Source of the DNA: a virus
Strand: one strand, 5' to 3'
DNA length: 64,000 nt
Virus record (IMG/VR): IMGVR_UViG_3300020187_003193
Shown here: piece by piece, positions 26,693 through 36,357 of the stretch
Numbering within the stretch: the first letter of the stretch is position 1
Layout of the letters: each line of letters begins with the position of its first letter
Made by a program: the position numbers and the translations under genes
Notes under the pieces: model-generated
Told to the model about the DNA's origin: nothing
Seen by the model: the letters and a program-made list of their open reading frames with translations, nothing else
Databases searched by the model: none

Positions 26693-27103
26693 ATGACAAT
26701 TTTTGACTGGTTAGCCAATATTAGCTATGAAAAGAAACCATGGTCGTCGTTTTCGAGCGACGATCAAGGATCTTTTAACCCATTCATGATAAATCGCTTT
26801 ATCAGTATGAAGGAGGAGAACATTGAATTGGTTAACTTAGTCCAAAAATATCAGTATCTTCCAAAAGATCAATTGTATGCTTTTTATTGTAAAACTATAC
26901 CACAGAAAAAAACATTCTTCAAGTATATTAAACCAAGTAAAAAGACATATAATCAAGAGGTTATAGATAAATTAGCTTCATTTTTTAATATTAGTACAAG
27001 AGAAGCAATTGAATTTGAACCTTTACTAAGTAAAGCAGAAATACAAAACATACTTTCTTTAACAGGAGTAAGTGATAAAGAAATTAAAAAATTATTAAAA
27101 TGA
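26693..27103 (+). CDS. putative clamp loader accessory subunit (gp62-like)
   Basis: FNPFMINRFISM segment resembles gp62; adjacent to the gp44-like gene. Confidence 0.6.
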   Translation: MTIFDWLANISYEKKPWSSFSSDDQGSFNPFMINRFISMKEENIELVNLVQKYQYLPKDQLYAFYCKTIPQKKTFFKYIKPSKKTYNQEVIDKLASFFNISTREAIEFEPLLSKAEIQNILSLTGVSDKEIKKLLK

Positions 27104-27330
27104 AACCACATCTATATAAAATGTTAAAAACAGAGGCTGAAGCAGAAAAAGCTAAAGCTTTATTATCTCTTGAATTATTATCTAATAATGCCGTTGGGAT
27201 TGGAGACCATACCACAGGTGATTTTTATTCTAATGCTACTGAGGCTTTAGTAATGTTAGTTGATGCTGATGATAAACTAAAAGCTCTAGAAAATTACTTT
27301 GAAGAAAATAAAAATACTTTACAAGGATAA
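27100..27330 (+). CDS. hypothetical protein
   Basis: 76-aa coupled ORF. Confidence 0.6.
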   Translation: MKPHLYKMLKTEAEAEKAKALLSLELLSNNAVGIGDHTTGDFYSNATEALVMLVDADDKLKALENYFEENKNTLQG

Positions 27331-27638
27331 TGAGTGATTCAGTTAAAAAATACTTTGAAGATATGAGTTCAAATAAAGAGTTATACACAATGACTATTGA
27401 TAAACCTACCACGGGTGCTCAATGGTATTCAGACACTACATTTCCAGATAAAAAAGACAAATACGTTCAAGCTGTAAAAGAACGATTTGAACAACGTTCA
27501 CAAACTGGTATTAAAAAATACAATACAACCCTCGAGCGAGATGATTTGAATTTGCAAGACTGGTTATTACATTTACAAGAAGAATTGATGGACGCAACAT
27601 TGTATATCGAACGTTTAAAAGAAGAGGTTGGAAGTTAA
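27330..27638 (+). CDS. hypothetical protein (NTP-PPase-like acidic helix)
   Basis: GIKKYNTTLER...LQEELMDATLY. Confidence 0.55.
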   Translation: MSDSVKKYFEDMSSNKELYTMTIDKPTTGAQWYSDTTFPDKKDKYVQAVKERFEQRSQTGIKKYNTTLERDDLNLQDWLLHLQEELMDATLYIERLKEEVGS

Positions 27639-28575
27639 TTACGCAACAGATAAAGTAGTATCATTTTCCCAATATTCTATGTACAAGCATTGTCCACATA
27701 AGTGGTATTTGCAGTATGTAAAAGGATATAAGGACGATAAACCTAATATTCACTTCGTGTTTGGAACCGCGATGCACGAGGCTATACAACACTACCTACA
27801 AACAATGTACGATGTATCCATAAAGGCAGCTGACGATATTAATATCAAGCAGTTCTTTAAGGAACGAATGACAGAGGAATATAAAAAATACCAAAAGAAA
27901 AATAAAGGAAAACATTTTTCTACACAAGAACAACTATCAGAATTTTACCATGATGGTATTGGTATTTTAGAGTGGTTTAAAAAACATAAGTACGGTAGAA
28001 AAAACAATTTTTCTAAAAAAACCATGGAATTAGTAGGTATTGAAATCCCATTAATTCTTCAACCAATCAAAGAACGCCCTAATATTAAATACATGGGGTA
28101 TGTTGATTTAGTTACTAAAGATAAAAATAGTGGAGAATACACGATTTACGATATAAAAACATCTACTAAAGGATGGAGTAAATGGGAAAAAGGAGACATT
28201 ACAAAATCCCAACAACTACTACTCTATAAAAACTACTACTCAGAACTATTTAAAGTTCCTAAAGATAAAATTAACGTAGAATTTTTTATTGTTAAAAGAA
28301 AAGTATTAGATTTTGAGGACGAGAAGTTAATGTCACCTCACCAAGCATACCGTGTTCAAAATTTCCGTCCAACTGACAATCCAAAACGTCTAAGAGAAGC
28401 AAAAGAAGATTTTATAGAATTTATTAGGGATTGCTATACAGCGGAGGGACAACCCCTAGATAAAGAATTTCCTAAATGCCCCTCTAAACTATGTGATTGG
28501 TGTGAATTCGGAAAAAACCGAGAATTATGCGGTGAAGGTTTGTCTCCTGATGAAAAGTTTTTTACATTAGAGTAA
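27628..28575 (+). CDS. PD-(D/E)XK exonuclease (RecB/Cas4-like)
   Basis: SFSQY...CPHKWY...GTAMHE...YVDLV...DIKTS...QLLLY...CDWCEF...C. Confidence 0.82.
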   Translation: MEVNYATDKVVSFSQYSMYKHCPHKWYLQYVKGYKDDKPNIHFVFGTAMHEAIQHYLQTMYDVSIKAADDINIKQFFKERMTEEYKKYQKKNKGKHFSTQEQLSEFYHDGIGILEWFKKHKYGRKNNFSKKTMELVGIEIPLILQPIKERPNIKYMGYVDLVTKDKNSGEYTIYDIKTSTKGWSKWEKGDITKSQQLLLYKNYYSELFKVPKDKINVEFFIVKRKVLDFEDEKLMSPHQAYRVQNFRPTDNPKRLREAKEDFIEFIRDCYTAEGQPLDKEFPKCPSKLCDWCEFGKNRELCGEGLSPDEKFFTLE

Positions 28576-28619
28576 AAGAAAAATGTTTGTTATATATTTA
28601 TATACAAATAAAATAGATT

Positions 28620-28811
28620 ATGAGCAAACAAGGTTTACAATTAACAAGTGTCAAAGTACACAGAGACTTATTCGAAGAATTTAAAATCGAATGTGTTAAA
28701 ACAAAATTTAGTTTACAAAAACTAGCAGATAGAGCACTATACCTCTATTTAACATCAGATGAATTTAGAAGTAAAATTCACAACCAAACAAATCTAACAT
28801 TAGATAAATAA
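28620..28811 (+). CDS. small ribbon-helix-helix-like DNA-binding protein
   Basis: LTSVKV strand followed by two amphipathic helices; ATATTTAT at 28594. Confidence 0.5.
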   Translation: MSKQGLQLTSVKVHRDLFEEFKIECVKTKFSLQKLADRALYLYLTSDEFRSKIHNQTNLTLDK

Positions 28812-28818
28812 AGTTTAC

Positions 28819-30255
28819 ATGAAAGAAGGTTATTTACCAAAAGATCAAAGGAAAAAAATTCTATTCCTTTGTGACGACATCCGCATGCACTCCGGTATTG
28901 CAACAATGGCACGAGAAATTATATTAGGAACATGCCACAAATACAATTGGGTTAATTTAGGTGCAGCAATAAACCACCCCGAACAAGGAAAACGTATTGA
29001 TTTAAGTCAAGATACAGGTAATCGCGCAGGTGTACCTGATGCTTCTGTATTTTGTTACCCACAAAACGGGTATGGTGATTCTACTATAATTCGCCAAATG
29101 CTTAAAACCGAAAAACCTGACGCTATATTCTTCTTTACAGATCCAAGATATTGGGAATGGTTATTTCAAATTGAAAATGAGATTCGTACCAAAGTACCTA
29201 TGGTATATTTAAATATTTGGGATGACCTACCTGCACCAATGTATAATGAATCATATTATGAATCGTGTGATACATTATTAGCAATCTCCAAACAAACTGA
29301 AAACATTAATAAAATTGTTTTAGGTGAAAAAGCTAAAGACAAAATTATAGCTTATGTACCACATGGTATAAATGAAGAACAATTTTTTCCAATTACTGAA
29401 AAACATGAAAAGTGGGATAAATTACAAGAAGCTAAAAAGCAATTATTTGGTGATAAAGAATATGAACATGTGTTCTTCTTTAATTCAAGAAATATTAGAA
29501 GAAAAGCCATATCTAACCTTATAGCGGCATACTCAGTATTTAAAGAAAATTTACCTGAAGATAAAAGAAATAAAGTAGCATTAGTACTACACACTCAACC
29601 TATAGATGAAAATGGTACAGATTTATATGCTGTAAGAGATTTATTCCTAGGAGAAGATGAAAGTGTAAAATTCTCAAGTGGAAAAATATCAACTGAAGGT
29701 ATGAACTACTTGTATAATTTAGCTGATATTACAATATTGCCTTCTAATGCCGAAGGATGGGGGTTAGCATTAACTGAATCAATGATGGCTGGAACTATGA
29801 TTATGGCTAATGTTACGGGTGGTATGCAAGACCAAATGCGTTTTGAAGATGAAAATGGAAATTGGATCAAATTTGATGAAAATTTCCCTTCAAACCATTA
29901 CGGAACTTATAAAAAACATGGTAAATGGGCTATACCCGTATTCCCATCAGTAGCTACATTAGTAGGTTCACCAAAAACACCATATATTTTCGAAGATCAT
30001 CTTGATTTTAAAGAATTGGCTAAAGCAATGAACCAATCTTATGAAATGTCTACTGAAGAAAAATTAGAGGGTGGTAGAGCAGCCCGCGAATGGGTTACTT
30101 CAGATGAATCAATGATGTCAGCAAGAAGAATGAATGAAAACGTTATCAAATACATGGATGAAACTATCAATAACTTTACTCCAAGAAGAAAATTTGATTT
30201 CGTTAAAATTGAAAAACTACCAGTTAAAAAATTAAGACATAAATTAGTATATTAG
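28819..30255 (+). CDS. glycosyltransferase, GT-B (GT4-like)
   Basis: HSGIATMARE, VPHGI, NSRNIRRK, PSNAEGWGLALTESM. Confidence 0.85.
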   Translation: MKEGYLPKDQRKKILFLCDDIRMHSGIATMAREIILGTCHKYNWVNLGAAINHPEQGKRIDLSQDTGNRAGVPDASVFCYPQNGYGDSTIIRQMLKTEKPDAIFFFTDPRYWEWLFQIENEIRTKVPMVYLNIWDDLPAPMYNESYYESCDTLLAISKQTENINKIVLGEKAKDKIIAYVPHGINEEQFFPITEKHEKWDKLQEAKKQLFGDKEYEHVFFFNSRNIRRKAISNLIAAYSVFKENLPEDKRNKVALVLHTQPIDENGTDLYAVRDLFLGEDESVKFSSGKISTEGMNYLYNLADITILPSNAEGWGLALTESMMAGTMIMANVTGGMQDQMRFEDENGNWIKFDENFPSNHYGTYKKHGKWAIPVFPSVATLVGSPKTPYIFEDHLDFKELAKAMNQSYEMSTEEKLEGGRAAREWVTSDESMMSARRMNENVIKYMDETINNFTPRRKFDFVKIEKLPVKKLRHKLVY

Positions 30256-30257
30256 TT

Positions 30258-31553
30258 ATGAGTAAACCATTTATAGTAGTTAGCTGCCCCTTAGATACAT
30301 TTTCAGGTTACGGTGCACGTGCAAGAGACGTAGCAAGGGCATTAGTTAATTCAGACAAATATGATGTTAAATTTATATCTCAAAGATGGGGAAATACTCC
30401 ATTTGGTTTCTTAAAAGAAGATAATCCTGAAGATAAAAAATTATTAGATAACATTATCCCCCCACAATTACAAAGACAACCTGATGTTTGGATCCAAATA
30501 TCTATCCCAGATGAATTTCAAAAATTAGGTAAATTTAATATTGGTATTACTGCCGGGATTGAAACTGATACATGTGATGTAAGATTTATTCAAGGTGCTA
30601 ATAACATGGATTTAATTTTAGGCTCATCTAAACATTCATTAGCAGCTTTACTAAACACTCAGTATGAGCAAAAGGATAAAGCGAATAATACTACAGGCGT
30701 AGTTAAATTTGAAAAACAAGCAGATATATTATTTGAAGGTGTAGATTTAGAAAAATATTTTTATATCGAACCTAAAGATTTACCTAAAACTGAATTAGTA
30801 GAATCATTAGACACAATTGATGAAGCATTTTGTTTCTTATTTGTAGGACATTGGTTAAAAGGAAGTTATGGTGAAGACAGAAAAAATGTAGCTGTATTAG
30901 TTAAAACATTCTTAGAGACATTCAAAAACAAAAGCAAACAACCTGCTCTGATTATGAAAACAATGTCTGGTCCAGCTTCAATAATGGATAGAGAAACTAT
31001 ATTACAACGTATAGATGCTATTCGTAAAAGCATAAGTGGAAAATTACCTAACATTTATCTAATTCATGGAGAAGTAGATGATGAAGATGTAAACCATTTA
31101 TATAACCACCCTAAAGTTAAAGCAATGATTAACTTAACTAAAGGTGAAGGTTTTGGACGTCCATTACTTGAATTTACCCAAAGTAAAAAACCGGTAATTG
31201 CTTCAAACTGGAGTGGACATTTAGATTTCTTAAATCCTGAATTTGCAAGTTTAATACCAGGTGAACTAAAACCCGTACACGAATCAGCTATTCAAGATAG
31301 GTTAATTATTAAAGATTCTAAATGGTTCTCAGCTGATGTAAGTTTTACATCTTTATTATTAAAAGACTATTTTAATAGCTATAAAGGATATGCTGAAAAA
31401 GGAAAACGCTTATCACACTATTGTAAAACTAATTTCTCATTTGAAAAAATGCAAGAAAAATTAGAGGCAATAATGGATGCTAATGCACCTAAAAAGGTAG
31501 AAATTAAATTACCTAACATCAAGAAAATCTCATTACCTAAAAAACCATCATAA
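30258..31553 (+). CDS. glycosyltransferase, GT-B (GT4-like)
   Basis: SGYGARARD, FLFVGHW, RKN, KGEGFGRPLLE, NWSGHLDF. Confidence 0.85.
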   Translation: MSKPFIVVSCPLDTFSGYGARARDVARALVNSDKYDVKFISQRWGNTPFGFLKEDNPEDKKLLDNIIPPQLQRQPDVWIQISIPDEFQKLGKFNIGITAGIETDTCDVRFIQGANNMDLILGSSKHSLAALLNTQYEQKDKANNTTGVVKFEKQADILFEGVDLEKYFYIEPKDLPKTELVESLDTIDEAFCFLFVGHWLKGSYGEDRKNVAVLVKTFLETFKNKSKQPALIMKTMSGPASIMDRETILQRIDAIRKSISGKLPNIYLIHGEVDDEDVNHLYNHPKVKAMINLTKGEGFGRPLLEFTQSKKPVIASNWSGHLDFLNPEFASLIPGELKPVHESAIQDRLIIKDSKWFSADVSFTSLLLKDYFNSYKGYAEKGKRLSHYCKTNFSFEKMQEKLEAIMDANAPKKVEIKLPNIKKISLPKKPS

Positions 31554-32008
31554 TGAAAGACAGTCTACAAGAATGCCCTAAATGTAGTAGCGATGCGTGT
31601 TATGTAACACCAATAAATTCTACAAATAATAAATACTTCTGTTTCGGTTGTGGTTTTGAAACTACAGATTTTATGAAACAGAGTGAATTTAATTTTGAAG
31701 AATATGAAGATACAATCCCAGAACTTTACAAAGATATTAAAGTAATGGATGATGAAACACGTGTTTGGTACCCAACAACTATAAACATTCACAATAAAGG
31801 AACAGTATTCGTTCACGGAACCGATGCTACAAATTGGGAATGGGCAGGTGTAAAAGTTAAAGAAGTATCTGAAGAAGAAAAAGGTAAATTTAAAATACCT
31901 GGTACTGACGAATACTATGCCCATAAAACAGATATGACTACTTTAAAGAAATTTGGTAGACATGACTTTATGGAGGCACTAGATTATATTAACTTTTTTG
32001 AAGAATAA
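31553..32008 (+). CDS. Zn-ribbon-containing hypothetical protein
   Basis: CPKC...CFGCG. Confidence 0.6.
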   Translation: MKDSLQECPKCSSDACYVTPINSTNNKYFCFGCGFETTDFMKQSEFNFEEYEDTIPELYKDIKVMDDETRVWYPTTINIHNKGTVFVHGTDATNWEWAGVKVKEVSEEEKGKFKIPGTDEYYAHKTDMTTLKKFGRHDFMEALDYINFFEE

Positions 32009-32009
32009 T

Positions 32010-32645
32010 ATGGGTATATCATTTTTTGTAACAGCATATAACGAATACGAAGAGTTAAAACGTCTATTAGGACAATTAACTCAAGTAGTTAAACATTCTG
32101 ATGAATTAGTTATTCAACTTGATTCTAAAGCTACAACTGAAGTAATTACGTTAGTAGACGAATTTATCTTAAAAAATAAGGATTCTATCCTAATTAAAAA
32201 ATGCCACTTTGATTTAAATGGGGATTTTGCTTCATTTAAAAATAATGGCAAAAGTTATTGTACTAAAGAATGGATATTCCAAATCGATGCAGATGAGACC
32301 TTATCAGAAACATTTAGTACCATAATTCATCAAGTATTAGAATCAAATGAAGAAATTGATTTAATAGCAGTTCCTCGTGTTAATATTGTTAAAGGTTTAG
32401 AACAAAACGATGTTATAAATTGGGGCTGGCAACTTAATAGCCATGGGTGGGTTAATTGGCCTGATAGCCAACATAGAATCTTCAGAAACAAACCCGAAAT
32501 TAAGTGGGAAAATAAAGTCCACGAAAAAATTGTAGGCTGGAGAACATACGCTGATTTACCAAGCGAAGATGATTCATATGCTTTATATCATATAAAGGAT
32601 ATAAATAGACAAAGACAACAAAACAAATTTTACTCAACGTTATGA
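32010..32645 (+). CDS. glycosyltransferase family 2
   Basis: TAYNEY, WIFQIDADE, WPD...RIF...VHE. ATG at 32010 preferred over the 31998 start. Confidence 0.8.
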   Translation: MGISFFVTAYNEYEELKRLLGQLTQVVKHSDELVIQLDSKATTEVITLVDEFILKNKDSILIKKCHFDLNGDFASFKNNGKSYCTKEWIFQIDADETLSETFSTIIHQVLESNEEIDLIAVPRVNIVKGLEQNDVINWGWQLNSHGWVNWPDSQHRIFRNKPEIKWENKVHEKIVGWRTYADLPSEDDSYALYHIKDINRQRQQNKFYSTL

Positions 32646-33544
32646 AAACATTAATTACAGGGGGTGGGGGACTAGTAGGTTCAGCCATGAAATCCGAACT
32701 TAAGTTAACTCGTGAATTTTGCGATTTAACAGATAGAAAACAAACAGAGGCTTTATTCAAAACCATTATACCCGAAGGTGTAATACATTGTGCTGGTAAA
32801 GTAGGAGGTATTGGAGGAAACTCAAATTATAAAGGTGAATATTTTTATGATAACTTAATGATTAATACTAATGTAATTGAGGCTTCTCGTAAAGCAGGCG
32901 TTACACGATTAGTAGCATTCTTATCAACTTGCGTATTTCCAGATAGTGTAAATTATCCCCTTACTATAGACCAAATCCATACAGGAGTTCCACATACCTC
33001 AAATGATGCTTATTCATATGCTAAACGTATGGCGGATGTTCAAATTAATGCCTATAGAGAACAATATGGTATTAATTATACGTCAATAATCCCATCCAAC
33101 ATTTATGGTCCTAATGATAATTTTTCATTAGTACACGGGCATGTAATGCCTATGTTAATTCATAAACTATACTTAGCTAAGAAAAATAAAACAGACTTTA
33201 CTGTATGGGGTAGTGGGAAGCCGTTAAGAGAATTCATATATTCCAAAGATGTAGCACGTTTAGCAGAATGGACACTTGAAAATTATGAAGGAACAGAACC
33301 TTTAATATTCAGTGGAGATGAAGAAATTTCAATTAAAGAATTAGTTGATATTTTAGTTGCTGAATTTAAATTCAAAGGTAAAGTTATATTTGACGAATCT
33401 AAACCAGATGGACAATTCAAAAAACCATCAGATAATTCAAAAATAAAAGAACTATATCCTGAATTCGAATACACACCATTAGAAGTAGGAGTAAAGGAAA
33501 CAGTTAATTGGTTTATAGAAAATTATGAAACATCAAGAAAATAG
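32642..33544 (+). CDS. fcl: GDP-L-fucose synthase
   Basis: ITGGGGLVG, KVGGI, LSTCVFP, YSYAKR, NIYGPND, WGSGKPLREF, KPDGQFKK. Confidence 0.9.
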   Translation: MKTLITGGGGLVGSAMKSELKLTREFCDLTDRKQTEALFKTIIPEGVIHCAGKVGGIGGNSNYKGEYFYDNLMINTNVIEASRKAGVTRLVAFLSTCVFPDSVNYPLTIDQIHTGVPHTSNDAYSYAKRMADVQINAYREQYGINYTSIIPSNIYGPNDNFSLVHGHVMPMLIHKLYLAKKNKTDFTVWGSGKPLREFIYSKDVARLAEWTLENYEGTEPLIFSGDEEISIKELVDILVAEFKFKGKVIFDESKPDGQFKKPSDNSKIKELYPEFEYTPLEVGVKETVNWFIENYETSRK

Positions 33545-34076
33545 TTTTGAATTTAAATCTATTATTCAAGCAGGAGTTTGGACAACTACCTTAAATGATT
33601 TAAATATTGAACATTGGATTAAGAGTTCTTATAATTACCAAATAAAACATCCTCATAGTGTATCTAAAAGTAATACAGGGGGGTGGCAATCTGAGGCTAA
33701 TCTCCATTCTAATTTAGATTTTTATCCTTTAGTAGAGTATATTAATACTCTTCAAAAAAAGATAACTAAAAACCCCAATATAAAAATAGATAGCATGTGG
33801 GTTAATATATCTCCCCATGGGGCTCACAACGTTATCCATACTCATGAACCTACCGAATCTAAATCTACTCAAAGTAATCTTTCAGGGGTTTTATATTTAA
33901 AGATACCAAAACAAAGTGGAAATATATTTTTTTATAACCCCCTTTCTATAAATGATTGTTTTTCATTTACCCCCATTCAAAACCAAATAATATTTTTCCA
34001 CCAAATTCTACCCCACTCAGTAAGTCCTAATTTAAGTCAAGAAGATAGAATATCGATAGCATTTAATTTTAATTAA
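33525..34076 (+). CDS. putative 2OG-Fe(II) oxygenase (TIGR02466-like)
   Basis: GGWQS, WVNI...HTH, SGVLYL, LPHSV, RISIAFN. Confidence 0.75.
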   Translation: MKHQENSFEFKSIIQAGVWTTTLNDLNIEHWIKSSYNYQIKHPHSVSKSNTGGWQSEANLHSNLDFYPLVEYINTLQKKITKNPNIKIDSMWVNISPHGAHNVIHTHEPTESKSTQSNLSGVLYLKIPKQSGNIFFYNPLSINDCFSFTPIQNQIIFFHQILPHSVSPNLSQEDRISIAFNFN

Positions 34077-34080
34077 AAAT

Positions 34081-35058
34081 ATGAATAAAAAAGTTGCATT
34101 AATTACAGGTATAAACGGCCAAGATGGTTCTTACCTAGCTGAATTTTTATTAGAAAAAGGTTATGAAGTATGGGGCACTGTAAAACGTAATTCTGTAGCC
34201 GAAAACCAAACATCACGCTTAGACGAAATTTATCCTCAATTAATAGGTAAATTACAATATGCTGATTTAACTGACTTAGCCTCACTAATCTCAGTAATAC
34301 AACAATGTCAACCTAACGAAATCTATAATTTAGCGGCGCAATCCCACGTTAGAATATCGTTTGACCAACCCATATACACAGCACAAGCAACGGGCATTGG
34401 AACGTTGAATTTACTTGAAGCCATACGTTTAACTAAACCCGATGCTAAAATGTATCAAGCATCAAGTAGTGAAATGTTTGGTAATAGCATAGACGAAGAT
34501 GGTTTCCAAAGAGAAACTACGCCATTAGTACCTGTATCTCCTTATGGATGTGCTAAAGTATACTCATACAATATTTGTAACAACTACAAAAATTCATATG
34601 GTATGTTTGTTTCAAATGGTATTTTATTTAATCACGAATCACCAAGACGTGGTACAAACTTTGTAACAAATAAAGTAGTTAAAGGTGCTGTAATGATTAA
34701 AAAAGGTTTAAAACAAGACTTATCACTAGGTAATTTAGATGCTACCCGTGATTGGGGACATGCTAAAGATTATGTTAAGGCAATGTGGATGATGCTGCAA
34801 CTAGACAAACCAGATAACTTTGTATGTTCTACAGGTGTATCACACTCAGTAAAAGATTTAGTTGCTTATACATTTGGTAAGTTAGATTTAGACTGGAAAC
34901 AATACATTAAACAAGATCCTAAATTTTTACGTCCTGAAGAATTAACAGACTTAAAAGGTGATAGTACAAAATTACGTACTGCTACAGGGTGGAAACCCGA
35001 ATATACATTCGAAACAATGATTGATGAAATGGTTGAATATTGGATGGAAACACTATGA
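34081..35058 (+). CDS. gmd: GDP-mannose 4,6-dehydratase
   Basis: ALITGINGQDGSYLAE, LAAQSHV, QASSSEMFG, SPYGCAK, FNHESPRRG, RDWGHA. Confidence 0.95.
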   Translation: MNKKVALITGINGQDGSYLAEFLLEKGYEVWGTVKRNSVAENQTSRLDEIYPQLIGKLQYADLTDLASLISVIQQCQPNEIYNLAAQSHVRISFDQPIYTAQATGIGTLNLLEAIRLTKPDAKMYQASSSEMFGNSIDEDGFQRETTPLVPVSPYGCAKVYSYNICNNYKNSYGMFVSNGILFNHESPRRGTNFVTNKVVKGAVMIKKGLKQDLSLGNLDATRDWGHAKDYVKAMWMMLQLDKPDNFVCSTGVSHSVKDLVAYTFGKLDLDWKQYIKQDPKFLRPEELTDLKGDSTKLRTATGWKPEYTFETMIDEMVEYWMETL

Positions 35059-35885
35059 TATTAAAAATAAAACATTTCGACGAAGCTGTTTTTAGAGGCA
35101 AAATGGAACACCTTAAGGATGTTCCATTCACTCTATTTGTAGACGACATCCCACAAGTACAAGAGGATTTAAGTGAAATAAATGTTTTAGTATTACAGGA
35201 ACCAAATATCTACTTTGGCCTACACGATTGGGCAATAGCCAACCAACAATACTTCTCAGTTATATTAACATGGGACGAGAAAGTATTAAACAATTGTGAT
35301 AACGCAATGTTTTTACCTTTTGGACATACTTGGTTTAGAAAAGCTGAATACGAAAAAACATATGATAAAACATTCCAAGTATCTCATTTAGCAGGTGCTT
35401 TAAATAAAACATATGGACATTCACTTAGACACGAATTAACATCTAGAGAAAACGAATTAAAAATACCAACTAATTTTTATAAAACATATGGAAATAGAAG
35501 CGATATTGATGATGCTAGAAAGGGCAAGATTGAAGTTTTTGGAGGAAGTGAATTTGGGGTTGCGATTGAAAACACTAATCATAGGGGGTATTTTACAGAA
35601 AAAATCCTAGATTTATTTTTACTTAAAACCATTCCAATATATTGGGGCTGTTCAAACATTGGAGACTTTTTTAATACAAACGGTATTATTCAAGTAAACA
35701 ACGTCGACGATATTACTAATAAAGTAAATTCTTTAAACGAAAAATATTATAGTGTCTGCAAAAAAGCTATAGATGAAAATTACAAACGTGCCCTTAAATA
35801 TGTTGATTACGAACAAAACATAGTTGACACTATAACAAATTTATTTACAGAAAATGGGATACTGGCCTTACCTTTATCTGTTTAG
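35055..35885 (+). CDS. GT10-like (alpha-1,3/4-fucosyltransferase-like) glycosyltransferase
   Basis: VAIEN...GYFTEKI...IPIYWG signature; directly after gmd. Confidence 0.7.
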   Translation: MILKIKHFDEAVFRGKMEHLKDVPFTLFVDDIPQVQEDLSEINVLVLQEPNIYFGLHDWAIANQQYFSVILTWDEKVLNNCDNAMFLPFGHTWFRKAEYEKTYDKTFQVSHLAGALNKTYGHSLRHELTSRENELKIPTNFYKTYGNRSDIDDARKGKIEVFGGSEFGVAIENTNHRGYFTEKILDLFLLKTIPIYWGCSNIGDFFNTNGIIQVNNVDDITNKVNSLNEKYYSVCKKAIDENYKRALKYVDYEQNIVDTITNLFTENGILALPLSV

Positions 35886-36357
35886 ACGATACAAATCTGA
35901 TTGTACTCTGTTTTTCGAAACAGGAACATACATGGGTGATTCAGTACAAGATGCCTTAGATGTAGGATTTGAACGTGTTATATCAATAGAAGTTGAAGAA
36001 CGTTTTTATGATCATTGCGTACAACGTTTTAAACCTTTACACTATTGGAACAAAATTAATTTATTTTTAGGTTCTACTGAAGATAATATCGAAAAGTTAA
36101 TCCAAGAACACGTAGATGAAAGAACTATGTTTTGGTTAGATGCACATGATACAGGCAGCCCTTATAAAACCGAAATAGAAGCTATTTTAAAACATAAAAG
36201 AAATGACCATGTTATTATAATAGACGATATCGAAAAATATAAAATCGATACAAATTGGATTAAAAATACCTTGGCTTCCCACAATCCTCTTTATACATTC
36301 ACATTAACAAACATCCACCCCGATACGGGTGGTCAATTTATAGCATATATTCCATGA
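35854..36357 (+). CDS. putative class I SAM-dependent methyltransferase
   Basis: FFETGTYMG, ISIE, FWLDAH, IIIDD. Confidence 0.55.
   Translation: MGYWPYLYLFRRYKSDCTLFFETGTYMGDSVQDALDVGFERVISIEVEERFYDHCVQRFKPLHYWNKINLFLGSTEDNIEKLIQEHVDERTMFWLDAHDTGSPYKTEIEAILKHKRNDHVIIIDDIEKYKIDTNWIKNTLASHNPLYTFTLTNIHPDTGGQFIAYIP

Noticed and set aside
27628-28575. CRISPR-Cas locus (Cas4-like nuclease)
   Set aside because: No cas1/cas2 and no repeat-spacer array in the window; stand-alone PD-(D/E)XK nucleases are common in phages.
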